From Anaeramoeba ignava BMAN (lineage: Eukaryota > Protista > Anaeramoebae), in assembly GCA_028826165.1 (NCBI GenBank), contig JAPDFW010000058.1, forward strand, positions 62,001 through 126,000: 64,000 nt of DNA, in the 5' to 3' direction. The notes under the pieces are model-generated. The model saw only the letters and a list, made by a program, of their open reading frames with translations. It made no database searches and was not told the origin of the DNA. The position numbers and the translations under genes were made by a program. Below are positions 48,901-63,272 of this stretch, in pieces; position 1 is the stretch's first letter, and each line of letters starts with the position of its first letter.

Positions 48901-51900
48901 TGTTATTAAATAAAATATAATTTTTTCCATTTGTTGTTTCAAGTTGTTTTCTTGTGATTCAATATATGAAATTTCTGCAAATTCTTGAATAAATTGGAAG
49001 AATTTTTTAGTTGAGTAAATGACTTGATCAACAAGAAAGCTTTTGATTAATTTGGAAAATAAATTTTGAGATTTTGTAATTTTAAAGTTTGGGTTCAAAT
49101 ATTCTTCAATTTCAATTTCACTTTCATTCAAATTTTCATTCTCTTCTTTTTTAAATTCGTCTATTAAACCAAAAACATTTTGAATTGAAACCATCATTTT
49201 AACTACTGAAATTTCATAAAATTGAACTAATTTATTTCCAATTTCAAATAAATCTTCTGTTGATTTCTTTGGTTCATTTTCATTTTCAATTGTTTCAATA
49301 ACAGCCTTATTTTCTGTGTATTTATCTATAAAAGAGAGAAGAGGAATCTTAAATAGAAACCAAGTTGTTTCTTTTTGAGAAAGAATATCAACAATTTTCT
49401 TTTGAATTTCATCTAAAATAGCCCAATTTTGTTTTGCAAATTCAAAATGCTCATTGAGAAATAAACCATCAATATTAATTTCCTTTTCTTTTCGAAGTTG
49501 ATTTTCATTTTGTTCTAAAAGTAAATCAACAAATTCAGTTGTTTTATCAAGCGAATTTCCTCTTTCAATCTGTTTGACTTTTGATGAGAATATTTTCATT
49601 TCAAAAAGTATTCGATGCAATTCATTAAACAATTTGTTTTGGGTTAAAAGTGATTCTTTTGTAATTTTCTGGGATGGGAATAAATGAATAGGGAATTGAT
49701 CTTTTGAATTTTGAGAAGAAATAATTGACGAAGAAAATTGCAATAAATCATTCATTTCAGATTGTTTGTCTAATGCCTTCCCAATCTCTTTTCTTTGTGA
49801 AGTCATTATATGGAGTAAATGCTCAATGAATCCTCGAGATTTGATAATTTCTGCATTGCTTAAATCTCTACTTTTTCTTGATTCTGATTTAACCCTTGAT
49901 ATTATAACTTTCAAAACACACTTGAAAAAATATTGATTTAATTTTTCTGGGAATATTTCTCCTGAAGAAACAGGTTTTTCAATGAAAAAATAATTGGATG
50001 ATTCTTGAAATGCAAAAATTTTGGGGTTTGTTTTCAAATCAATTTGTTGGAGATATTTCATCAAATCAGAAAATGCTCTTCTTTTGACTTGTTTGATCTC
50101 GCTTCTATTTCTTAATTCTGTTGTTGTATCAATAATTGTTGTTGAAAGTGTATCCAATGTTGTAATTGCAATTTCAATCATTTTATGTACATCTTTGAGG
50201 ATTTCTTTGCAATGAGATTTCATTTTTTGATCAATTTTAGAAAGACGTGAGTTTATTGAACGTGGTTCTGAAAGTTTAAATATATCCATAATTTTTTGTT
50301 CAATTCCTTCTTTTTTAGCAATATCTTCTCGAAGAATAACTACAATTGGTTTAATTTCTTTTTCAATTTCAATTTCAATTTCAATTTCAATTTCAATTTC
50401 TTTTTCTTTTTCTTTTTCTTTTTCTTTTGGTTTTTCTTCACTTTCAGGATAAACAATTTTAGCTTCAATTTGTTTCAAAATATTAAGAACAGGCGATTTC
50501 AAAATATTTTCAAATTGAATTGACAAACGATTCAATTTTTTATGTATTTGAAGTACTTTATGATGTAATTGAATATATCTTGTTTCTTCCCATTTAGCAA
50601 TTGTACCTAAATCGTTAAGTTGCTTTTGTATAGGTTGTTTTGATTTTTCTATATATTCTTCAACGTCTGGTAAGAATTGTAAATAATACCAATATAAATT
50701 GAGAAGTAAATTTGCTGTTTTCTGTCTTGTTTTTTGGATATAATTTGTTGGGTTGTAATCCAATTTGCATTCTGTTTGTATTTGGTTATGTATTGATAAG
50801 ATGATTTCCAATCTTGTTTTGAATTCACCAACATTTGAAGTTTGGATGAATTTTTCTAATTCAAGGAAAACATTTTGTAAAAATTGTTCATCATCTTGAA
50901 ATTCATCATTTTCATCATTTTCATCATTTTCATCATTTTCATCATTTTCATCATTTTTATCATTTTCATCATTTTCATCATTTTTATCATTTTTATCATT
51001 TTTATCATTTTTATCATTTTTATCATTTTTATCATTTTTATCATTTTCATTTTCAATCCGTTTTGGATTCATTAACCTGAAAAGTGTCAAAAACCATTTC
51101 TGTGCTGAAAACTCAAATTCTTTCCTTTTCTTCCAAAAAACAGATGACCATGTTTCTAACTCTAATTTTCTCCATCTTGAAATTAATCTGATAATATCAG
51201 AAATATGTTCTGAAAGAGAAACATCATTTGATGAATATAATTCCCATTCTTCAACAGATTTCATTAATACCTCAAGACCTGTCAAAAATCTCATTAAAGG
51301 ACTTGAAATGGGAAAATCCAAAATCTTTTCACAAATTTCTTTCATACGAAGTAAAGTTGAATGACCTGACCATTTCTCTAATAATTCTTGGATTTTACTC
51401 TTGAATTTCTCAAGTGGTTCTTGTATTAAAAGTGTTTCTAATATATTTGGCTCTGTGTAAATATCCAAAATCTTATTTGAAGTTCCAAAACTATTTCTGT
51501 TTTGTTGTTGTACATTTTTAATTGAATCAGGTATAAGTGTCAATTCATCAGAAACTAAACTCATCATCAATAAATTTGCTGAAATGCTTCTTTCATTTAA
51601 ATGATAACTATATACTCCGTTTCTTAACATGACTTCTGAGAAAAATTGATATAAGTTTTGGAATGACTCAATATATTCTTGTTCTGTTATTGCGCTCCCG
51701 TTTCTTTCATCGCAAATTCCAACAGAAAAAAGTTGATGAAATATTCTCCATAACTTTGGAACAATTTTCATTTTCAGCTCTTCTTCATCAACATCATCTA
51801 CTTTTTTTTCCAAATCATTTTTGGGTGAATTAATTGAATTTTGTTCTTTAATCCCCAAGTTCTGAATTTCATTTATAATTTTTTCTCTTTCTGTCAAAAT

Positions 51901-54900
51901 GAAATCTGAAAAATCTTCTTGATAATTCGGGAAAAGTTTCAGTAATTGTTTGGCTTCAATTTCCTCATCAGTCTCAAATTTATGCTCAACAGCCTTAAAT
52001 TTATAAAGACTTTGTTCTTCCATTTTTTTCTTTCTTTCTTCCTCTTGAATTGAATGCATTTTTTGAGCAAAAATTACAAAGATTTCATGAAGAATTTTAA
52101 TATGATTGTTGCTGTTATTCTTATAAATATTGAGCAATTTGATACTGTTTTGTTTTTTCAATTCAAGAAACACTGAATAGAGACTAAATATTAATTTGCG
52201 TGTTTTGCTCGATTTCAGATTGAAAATTTGGCTGTAGAAATTCTCATCACGGAATTCTTGAGGATATGTGATCAAAGTAGAAACTATTTTGTTTTGATTA
52301 TCATCAATAAAATCCTCATCAAAATGCTGAGAAAGAAGAATCAACCCATATTTTAATTGTAGCAATGAAACAATAATAGGAACAGTTATGTCATTATAAT
52401 CTGAAAATTCATCTTGCATTTTTTGCACAAAGGCATCAATCATTGAATAGATCATTTGTGTTTGCTGAATTGCATCATTGATTTGATCCAATGTTAATTT
52501 TTCTTTTGGGTTTTCTAAAATTGAAACCAAAGTCATAATTTTCTCAAAATCACAAACAGAGATTGAAAAACTTTTAATTTCCTCAAATAATTGCAAAAAA
52601 GTTGTATTTGATTGTGAATGTTGATTTCTACTCACAATTTTCTTGCCAGTTTTTTCTTTTGATAATCTTAATGGATTTAATAAGATATTTTCAATTTGTG
52701 AAATTTGGAAGCTTGTTGTTTTCCCTGTGGTCATTCTTTCAATTTTCTTTCGAACAAAAATTTCAAATTCCAAATCTTCAATTTCTAGTTTTGCTTGTTC
52801 AAGATAAACATTATGTTTGACAACAGGATCAAATGGAAATTGAGGAACAAGAAAAATAAATTTAGCAAGCGAAACAAGTATCCATCCTTTGCCTCTAAGA
52901 ATTATATTTTGCAGACTATCTTGTTTTTCTTTGAGGTGTTTCAAAACAACATTTATGAAGTAGGGATTAAGAATCTTCTCTGTAATTTGGTTCATTAACA
53001 AATCTCCTTGGCTATCAATAAGAATTGATAATAAATGGAGAATTTTGGATGAAATATCTTCTTGAGATATTTGATGATTTTGAATCGCATCCATAATTTC
53101 TTCAACTTGCTCAAATTTATCATTTGCATAAAGACCTTTAAAACAGGAAATCATCATCATTGAAACCCGGAAAAGCATATTCCAATCAAATTCCCAAAGA
53201 TCTTGACTGAAGGGAAGTTTTTTGAGTAAAATAAATTGGATAATTTTGCGAAGCTGCTCAATTTTGTTTTGTCTTTCAAAAATTGATGTTGTTTCCCATT
53301 GATAAATTTGCTTAACAATCCATTTTGTTAATTCAGATGTAAGTAAATAATCCTTTCCTTTTTGATGACAGAATAAATTTGACATTACTGAGAATGTGAA
53401 TTCTTGCAAAACATTTTGTTGGTTATTAGATTGCTTTTCATTTGTCATTTCCCAGAAGATTTGGTGGAAAGAAACAAAGTTGAAGATTGGAATGTTTGTG
53501 TTCTGTAAATTGAAGAATATCATTTCCAATAATTTCTTCGGATTTGTTATTTGCAAATTTTTGCTTGTAATTTCTGCAAGTAACGAATATTGCTCAGAAA
53601 CTGACCATCCATAGTATAAATTTTGAATTGAATAATCTGAATTTTTCTCATCTTGTTTCTCAACATCCATTCCTTGTGATTCATTCTTTTTGGAAACGAG
53701 AATAGTAGTTTGTTTTTTTTGGTTTTCAAGAAATTCTAATTTTCTTTTTAATAAATCTGGTATTTGCCTGAGGGAATCTAGTAATTTAACATTATAACCA
53801 GAATCCAAACCTTGAGAGTTGATCCATTTAAGTGTTGCGATACTTTGGATAATAACCTGCTTTGTTTCAAAATCAATTCCAGAATCCTCGGAATTCAATA
53901 CATCGTTTGTGAGAATTTCTTCCATTTTATTTTTTTTTGATTTCGAATCCAATTTGAAATTTGATAAATTTGTTTTGTTAATTCAATAATCTCATCTGCT
54001 ATTGACATGATTTCTTGATACCGATATAATTGTGGCTTACCAAAATGTTTATACATTAGCTTGTTTGTAGATGATTGAGAAAATCCAAAAAAATTGATTT
54101 GGTCTTTGGAAAGTTCTTGTGTTATTTTCGAAATTTGTAGTAATAAACCAGAAATGGATTCGCTGTTTGAATTATTCCCAATAATTTTATCATATTTTTT
54201 TTGGTCTTCAATAATTTTGGAATTGAGAAACAACAGGTTAAAATAACGAACAAATTTCCACCATTTAATATGGAAAACTTGATTGTTCACTTTTGAGGAT
54301 TTGAGACTACGAGCTAAATCAATTCTGAATTGGATTAAACGAGTGATTTTTTGGAACATACTTGAGTTTTCGAAAAAAGAAATTCTATTCAGAAATATTT
54401 CTTGAATAACAAGATCAAAAGCTTGGAAAAAGGCAAATAAATGGCAAATATACTGGTGACTGAATTGACTTGAGCCAATTTTTTTCAAATAGTATTGATG
54501 GGAAATTTGGAAGATGTTTTGTTCTTTCCATGAAATATTATTGGCTTGATTGAGCATTTTTTGTTCATCAAATTGAATTAAAAATAATCTCATTAAAATA
54601 CCAAATTTATCACAAAATTCTTGGTATTCATCAATATTAGAAACTTGTTTGAGGGAATTTAATAATTGGTTGTTATTTCTAATATCAAAAGAATGATAAG
54701 AGTAATCTTCATTAACAGTCATATTGCATTCCTCAAGAGCACGATTTCTTGATAAATAAACTTTTTCTATTAAAGCATGATTTTTGAGTGATTCCACTAA
54801 TTTTGAAGCAAATTGAAATTTTTCATCTTGAGATAACCATTTGCAAAATAAATTTATTGTTGCTGGAGATAATGTGTTTTCAACAAAATGCATTGCTAAA

Positions 54901-57900
54901 ATGTTCGCAATTTTTTGTTCTTCTTCATTTGCAATTGGTGAATTTTGTCTAAATATATGATTATGAAAAGTTGACCAAACAGAATCAAAAAGATATGATT
55001 CCAATGGAATGATTCTTCTGTAAAATTGAGAAAGTGATTTGTCTTCAGAATCAGTTTGGGATAATCGGTTGTTTTTCTCTGCATTTTGGAAATGAGTTTT
55101 GGCAATTTCTATTATAGATTGGCGTTCTTGGAAATTTCTTGAACGTAAAACATAAACTTGATAAATCTCTTCAAGAAGAAATGGTGATAATTCAACACCT
55201 CTTTGGATTTTTTCTTTAACCAAATTTGTAAAATGAATCAAATTCCAAGTTGTTGGTGATTCTACTAAACTTAATTCAAGAATTTTTTGATGGAAAAGAC
55301 TAATTTCTTTGGCTATTTGATTGAGAATTTGTTCCTGAACTTCTGTATTAGAATCAAAATGAGAAATTTTGATTGGAATCTGGTCAAGTTGGTTTTGATC
55401 AGAAAAAGCCAATCCAGATAAACCACAAAAGGATATTCTGTGGAAATCTTCTGAAGTTATTGCAGAACGCAAGAAACACACCTCAATTCCTCTATTTCTC
55501 ATTGCTCTTGATAACTCTCCATTTTTGGGATCCATTGTCATAAAAACCCTGAAATTGGGATGTGGTTTTATCACTTTCATTTCTCCATCAACTAATCCAC
55601 GTTCATTGATAATAAGAGATCCATTTGGTTCAAAAAGAGAATTGAGACGATCAAGAACTGTTGGATTGCAGAAATTTGCATTATCAATTAAAAACCAATG
55701 ACCTCTTTCCAAAGCTTCGATTAATAATCCATCAACCCATTCAAAACATCCTGATGTTGATTGAGATTCAAGAGATTGAACAAGATTAATTTGAGATATA
55801 ATTTCTTGAGGAGAATAAATTCCTTGGAAAAGTTTTGAATTTTGTTGAATTCCTAATTGTGAAATTTGAGAAATTATTTTTGAGACAAGATCACGTTGAT
55901 TCGATGTAAAGGCTTTGTTTTGTCTCTGAGAAAGATCTGTATGATTCAAATCAAAATTAGATTTTGTTGTTTTTTCAAATTCGTTCCATGTTTGGTTTAA
56001 ATTAGTTGCTGATTGAATATTATGCATAATCTGTTCATTTTGGCTTGTGATATTTTCATCAAAATGAGAAGTAAGAAGAAACTCAATAACTCGATTAATA
56101 AGTTGATGAATTGAAGAGACAATTTTTGATTTGTGACGATTTAAATCAATTTGCTCAAATCCTCCCAAAAGATCCATTGTATCAACAGAACTATTCATTG
56201 AAAAAACATGAAGAGGATTTCCTGTAATTTTGGCAAGCATTCTTATAATTGCTGATTTTCCTGTTCCTGTATCTCCACAAAGAATACAAAGCCAATTCAT
56301 TTGAACACATTGTATAATTGTTTCAAGAGGTTTTGAGTGACTTTGAAGAAAACAAGAAACTGAATTGTCTTGAACAAAATCATGTAATTCACTTGATGTA
56401 GTTTTTCTTGGAAGAGAATATTTACCAACTGTAATTTTATCTGGAGAAATGATAATTTGAGGATATTCATCATAACAATAAGATTGTGTGAAAATATTTT
56501 GATAAATTTGAACTGTTTGATTTCGATCTGATTCTGTTCTTAATCGATGTAGATATAAAGTGGATAAAAAATCCATTGGATTTGAAGTTGAATTTTGATT
56601 TTGATTTTCATTTAAATTTTGATTTTCATTTAAATTTTGATTTTGATTTTGATTTTGATTTTGATTTTGATTTTGATTTAGATTTTGATTTTGATTTAAA
56701 TTTTGATTTTGATTTTGATTTTGATTTAAATTTTGATTTAAATTTTGATTTTGATTTAGATTTAGATTTTGATTTAGATTTAGATTTTGATTTAGATTTT
56801 GATTTTGATTTTCATTTTGATTTAGATTTTGATTTTGATTTAGATTTTGATTTTGATTTTGATTTTGATTTTGATTTAAATTTTGAAAATTTTCAATCAG
56901 TTGACACCATCGAATTAAATCACGAAGATTGAATTCCCAAGGTCCACCTTTTCTTCCAAACAATGCTCTCTTATTGATTTGTTCATCCATTGAAGTGTTG
57001 AATTGAATCATCTTTTCAAGCCATCCATCTTTATTTTTTAATTGAGGGAAAAGAAACTCGCAAATATAAATAAAATCAAATGAATTTAAATGATCAATAA
57101 AAACACGAGTGAAACGATCTAAAAATGATTTTGGTAATCCTTTTCTTCCTCCTCCTTGTTGAAGAGGATTTTGACAAGCAAAAATTTGGAATGAATCAGG
57201 ACAATGAAAAGTTTTACCAAGTTCTGGAATGAAAATTTCTGAACGGTGATCTAGAACAGAATTAAGACCTTCAAGAACTGATTGAGAAGCAAGATTTAAT
57301 TCATCAAGAAGAACCCAATCTCCATTTTTTAATGCTTGAATAAAAACTCCATCTCTCCATTCAAGTTCACCAGCTCTTCCTTCTATTGGAAGATCTGCTC
57401 CAACAAGATCCATCATATCTGTTTGTTCTGAAAGGTTAATCCGAACACATTTGTGATTTGATGATTGAGCTAAGGCCATAACAAGATGTGTTTTACCAAC
57501 TCCTGGAGATCCTTCAAGAAGAATAGGCTTTTTGATTTGAAGTGCTCTTAGTATTCTTAATACATTTAATGAGACTGTTGGTGAAGTTAATGTGAAGTTT
57601 TGATTTTTGATTTGGTTTTCATTATTATTTTCAATTTCAATTTCAATTTCCATATTATTTTCAATATTATTTTCATTTTCATTTTCATTTTCATTTTCAT
57701 TTTGATAATTTCCCTTTTGAAATCAAAAAAGGTTCGATTCCAAAAGTAGATTCTTTTTCAAAAAGTTTTCTTTGTACTGATTCAGGTAAAATAAATTCTT
57801 TTGTTAAATTTTCAACTTTCTCAGTTTCTAATTGATTGATTAGGAAATTCAAACTTTCTCTTCTTAATTTTTTATTTTCTTCTTCTGAAGAAAAACTTGA

Positions 57901-60900
57901 AAAACCGAATCCAATCCCATCAATTAAACTCATAGAAGCTCCATGCAAAAAACATTGCTCAGAAGAAATACGTTTTGAACGATAAAGATTATTCATGAAA
58001 GAAACCCATGATAATGTTTCCCTTAAACTGAAAACATTTTTTTTCTGTTGGTGGTTTTTCTGTGCAAACCAAGACAAGAAATTCAATATAGATTGACTAT
58101 AAATTTTTAATTCATCAAAATCAAAACGCTGGTTTATGATTTGCAGAATATCTTGAGGATCATCAATTTGCGGCACCCAAATTTCAGTAAATCTATTTCG
58201 CAAAGCTGGAGAAAGTTCTTTTTTACCGAAATCACCACCAGGATTCATTGTGGCTAAAATTCGGAAATTTTTGGAAGCGTTTATACTGTTTATTGAATCA
58301 TCTTCTGAAATTTTTTCTGCAAGAACAATAATTCGACTAGGATCAAGAACACTATTGATTCTTTCGAGAATTGAGTCTTCAGCAAGAGAAATTTCATCAA
58401 AAAGGAAAAGATCTCCTTTTTTCATTGCCTTTACAAGTGGTCCGTCATACCATTTGAATAAGGAATGATAATCCTTGATTTTGTCGTTGATTTTTTTGAT
58501 TGAATCTGAAATGCTCTTGAATATGGCGATTTCTTTTTGTTTTGATTTGAATGATTGGACTGCTTTTCTTTTTTTGGTTTCTGGAGAAGCGTTATATGTG
58601 CCAATACTTGTTTGTTTTGATTTTTCCTTGACAATTTTGACTATATGGTAAAATCTTTCAATAAGAAGATTAATTTTCTGTGATTTGGCATCAATAGTTT
58701 CTCCATTCTCAATAAAAAAATAAGGATTTTCTTTGGAAACAGAAGTGAGATTGTAGTATTCTTCATAATCATAAAAAATAGACTTAACATCTTCAAAAAT
58801 GAATTTCAAAACCATTTGTCGAAGTTGCTGTAAAACAGAATCCTTGGCTCGAATAGGTCTCATTCCTCCGATAAAATCAGATGTTTCTGTGTTTTGATGA
58901 CAATTCACAATCCTCAATTTTTGGTTTAAAAGAAGACTAAATAGTTGGAAAATAGTTGTTTTTCCCGAACCTGTTTCCCCAACAAGAAGAACAGGCTCAT
59001 CATGGATAATGCATTTGCTAACAATTGTGAATAATCTTTTCATGCTTTTTGTCCAAACAATGTTGTTGAAACTGTGATTTTGTTGGTGTTGAGTTGAAAT
59101 TACTTCAACCATTTTCTTGAATTGAGGATCATTTTCACAGCTATAAATTTGATCAGGATCAATTTTCACACGCATTGATTTTTCAAGAATTTCCTTAACA
59201 ATCAATTTTTCGCTTGGTTTTCTAAGTCTTTCTGCAAGAAGAATATAGCCTTCCTCTGCTAATTCTTGATAGGTGCCTGGTTTTCTTTCTGCCCATTTGA
59301 ACAAATCACGTGGAGTTATGAATCCATGTTTTCCTGCGAAAATTCTGCTTGTTTGACGGATTCTTCTCAGACTTGACATTGTATTAACAAGTTTTTTTGC
59401 AAATGATTCTGGGAGTTGGCATCTTTTCTGGAGAATAACAATAAGTTCTGAATCTGGAATATCATCAATATGTAATTCAATAAAACGATTGCGAAATGCT
59501 CGAGAAAGAACTTTTCTTCCTCCATAAATTCCTGGTGGATTTTGCGTTGCGAAAAGCATAAAATGAGGATGTGGTTTGATGACTTGCTGTGTTTCTGGGA
59601 TAAATAATTCACGATTATCATCAAGAAGTCTGTTCAATGCTTCGAGAACTTCTGTGGGAGCGAGATTCAGCTCATCAAGTACGATCCAATATCCATTTCT
59701 AACAGCCTCAACTAATATTCCTTCTTTAAAAACAAGTTTTCCTTGTGAATTCGGGACATGTGTTCCTAAATACTCAGAAATATCGGTATGTTCGTGATTG
59801 TTGATTCTTACAAATTTGTGGCCTGTTTTGGCTGCAAGATATTCTATCATGCTTGTTTTTCCTGAGGATGTTGGACCTTGCAACAAAATGGGGTATTTTT
59901 TAGTCAATATAACTCTTGCTAAGTTTTTCAAATTACTCATAATTGAGGGTGTTGAAATATAGTGTGGTAAAGAAATTGGAGGTAAATTTCCTCTTTCAAT
60001 CCAGAAATGTTCAAATAGCTCATAATTTTCGCCTGGTTTTGATGGCGGAGCCAAGAAAAAATGTGATAATTTTTGTTCATTTGATAAAGATAAAGAATCA
60101 GTTTGTTTTGGTTTGGAGATTGAAGAAAGTGAAATTGGATCAACAACATATTTCACAATTAGATTTTCCATTGTTTCCATTGAATCTTTTGATAATTGTG
60201 TTAAAAAGGTCATGCAAATACCCTCAAAAAGAGATCTTTGGAATCCATAAGTGGGAAGAGCAATTCTAACAAATTCAAGCGCTCTTACCAGAGTTCTCAA
60301 ACTATAAACAACTTTTTGTCCTGAACAATCAACAAGAGTTGTAGTTGAAGATAACGCAAGTGCCTTGAGATAAAACTGGACAATTGGTTGAACTGGTGGA
60401 TCCAAAATAAGATTTCGAATATATTCATTCACAATAATTTCCAAATCAACGTTGGATGTAATATCCTCAACATAAAACTCAGAAAATCTGCTTCGAATGT
60501 TTTCTGGTAAGTCCTTCTTTCCAATATCTGTTGGAGGATTCATGCATGCAATTAAACGGAAATTTGGGTGTCTTTTCACTGGTTCAAATTCTCCTTTTTC
60601 TGTTAAACATATTGAACCCTTCTCGGATTCGAGTATTGTGCTTAAGGTTTCAAGAGTTTCGATTGTTGCCAAATTGATTTCATCCAAAAGAATCCAGTAT
60701 CCTTCTCTTATTGCTTTAACAAGACTTCCTTCAACAAATGTGAATGTGAAATTTGATTTTATTTGTTCTTGTTGAATTTGGAAATGAGACACTTGAGCTG
60801 AAAATTTATTCCATTTCTGTTTCAGATCCTCTGTAAGTGTTCTTTGGAATTTGGATTGTTTTTGAGATTCCTTAAACGAATCACTGGATTGTTTGCTTAT

Positions 60901-63096
60901 TAAAGTATTCACCATTTTGATTGATTTTTGGAATAATAGAACCAAATTTGTCCAGTCTCTTGAAACGAATTTTTCATTCACAAAAGATAAAAATTGCGCG
61001 TTTTTTCTTCTTGAAAAGGTTTGAGTAAAAATCGAATCAAATGTTTCTTTCAAAGGAGTGCAAAGTAATCTCATGTCAACAGGTTTAAATCCTCCCAAAA
61101 GATCAGCAGAATCGCTCTGTTGATTCAAATTATAGATCATCAATTTGACTCCAACATGGTGTGCGATATATTGAACAACTGATGTTTTTCCTGTTCCTGT
61201 TTCTCCAACAAGAAGAATAGGTTCGTTGAAATGCAAACTTGAGCAAATTTTCTCCATTAATTTCAAGGCATGCGGAGTGTGCGCAAAAACACGTGAATAA
61301 TCCATTTTGGGAATTGATTTGAAGTTGGTGTTTCTGAAAGATTGTTTTGACAATTGAACTCTTCCAACAAAAAGAATTTCTGAATTGATTTCAAAATTTG
61401 GTTTGTAATCTTGAAGATAGAAGTTTGTGAACTCATCATCAATTTGCCATAACAATGCAATTTTTTTGATTGCCTGTTTTTTGTGTTCCTTTTTAGAAAT
61501 CATTGAGCATAAGCAATCGATTGATTCAAAAAAGATTATTTTACGTTCTTCTTGATTTAAACTTGTCACAATATTTGTATTTGTATTTGAATTTGAATTT
61601 CCACTAAAATGATTATTGATTCTTTTACATAATTTCATTAAATCTCTTGTAGATAAAATGCGTGAAGAAAAGGAAATTTGACTTTTCATTTTTTTGATTT
61701 CGTAATATGTTTCGATTATTTTCTCTGCAAGTTTTGCAATTAGCGGGAATTTTTCTTGAATAATCTCTAAAATTTCATTTTGAGGAAGTAAATCAATAAT
61801 AAATCTAACCCACAAATTATTAAAAAAACTTGAGTTATGTGTTCTTCTATGCAAAAGAGAATGATCTGATTTGGAATATTGCTGATCGAAATTGATATTT
61901 TTTGATTCCAAATTTTGTTTTGAGTTGTGATAAAGTTGTTGTGTTCCTTCGATCAAAGAAATTTTACCAAAAATTTGGAAACCATCTTTTGCAGTAATAA
62001 TTTCACCTCTTGAAGGGATAAACAATTTTCTAGATTCCAACAAAGGTATCAAAACAGAAAGGATATCAGCGGGAGAAATATCGATATCCTCAATAACAAC
62101 CCATCGACCTTCTTGTGCAGCTTTTGCAAGAGGGCCTGATTGCCATTTGAATTCACCTGGCTTGTCTGTGCATATATAACTTCCCAAAAGATCTTTGCTG
62201 TCTGTTTGGTCTCCAATTATGATTTTTATCATTGAAGATCTATTTCCTGTTAGATCTGCAAGCCCATCAATAAGTGTTGTTTTTCCAGAGCCAGGAATTC
62301 CTTCTAAGAGAATTGGGCGTCCTTGACTAATAGCAAGAGAGACTGAACTTAGATTTTTCAATGTTGTTTGTGTGAGAACAATTTCTGAATTTTTTTGAGT
62401 GAATTTTTCATTAATATTTGAAGGAATTTGTTGTGAATGCAATTTTTTTGTTAAAATAACTTGACCAAATTGAACCAATTGATTTTCTAAATTAATATTT
62501 TCTAAATCAATATTTTCTAATTTAATATTTTCTAATTGATTTTCCTCATTCAAAAAATTTATATCATTTGTAAATTGTTGTGAATATATTTTTCGATTTC
62601 TAACATCTTTGGAACAATATCTTTCAAGCATTTCTCTTCTTTTTAAATCACTTATATTAAATAACTTGCTAATTATAAGAGTTGCATAAAATCTAATTTC
62701 AATTTGTTGATGAAAAAGTAAATTGAACAAAAAAGAATAATCCAAAATTGATTGAAATTTTTCAGTTGAAAATGAAAAAAAATTAAACAATGTTTTTGTT
62801 ATTAAAAGTGTTTCTCTATCATTTTGTTTTTCTGCTGAAATTGTTTCTAAAATATGTTTTTTGGTTGAAATAAATTGAAGAATAAAAGGAAGTGATTGTG
62901 GAATTATTGGAAGTAAAAGACTTAAAATATATAAAATTTTTTGAAGTTTTTTAATTGAAAAATTTGTTTTCGAATTTTTTTGAATAAAACCAACTAAAAG
63001 TTTAAAAAGTTGTTTTTTATCTTTTTTAAGTAAATAATTTGAAAGTTTTAAATTTGAAAATAAACTTTCAAAATTAAAATTTTGTTTTTTTGACAT
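45936..63096 (-). CDS. MDN1: Midasin/Rea1 (six AAA modules, linker, D/E-rich tail, MIDAS); about 5700 aa across 4 ORFs separated by 1-nt frameshifts
   Basis: Walker A motifs GIPGSGKT, GETGTGKT, GPTSSGKT, GETGSGKT, GSPGVGKT, GDTGTGKS; MNPGGDFGKKELSPALRNRF; GDYRTGKRINMKKVIPYIASNFKKDKIWMRR; MIDAS DNSESM. Breaks near 57710, 53935 and 47765. Confidence 0.96.
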
Positions 63097-63119
63097 TTTT
63101 ATTTATTTTTAAAATTGAA

Positions 63120-63160
63120 GAAAAAAAAAATGAAAAAAATGAAAAAAATGAAAAAAAATT
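63120..63160 (-). promoter_or_regulatory. Tandem TCATTTT initiator-like elements upstream of MDN1
   Basis: aaaaaaatgaaaaaaatgaaaaaaatgaaaa on the + strand is (TCATTTTT)3 on the coding strand, 25-60 nt before the ATG at 63096. Confidence 0.55.
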
Positions 63161-63272
63161 TTTTTTTAATTTAAAAAAATAAAAAGGAGAAAAAAGAAAA
63201 GAAAAGAAAAGAAGAAAAAACAAAAATTTCATTTTTTTTCTTTTTTAAATTAAATTTTTTAATAATTAAATA

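Noticed and set aside
45936-63096. Intein or mobile insertion in midasin
   Set aside because: Total length is ordinary for MDN1, no intein splicing or LAGLIDADG motifs were recognised, and the inserts are simple N/Q/D/E repeats.
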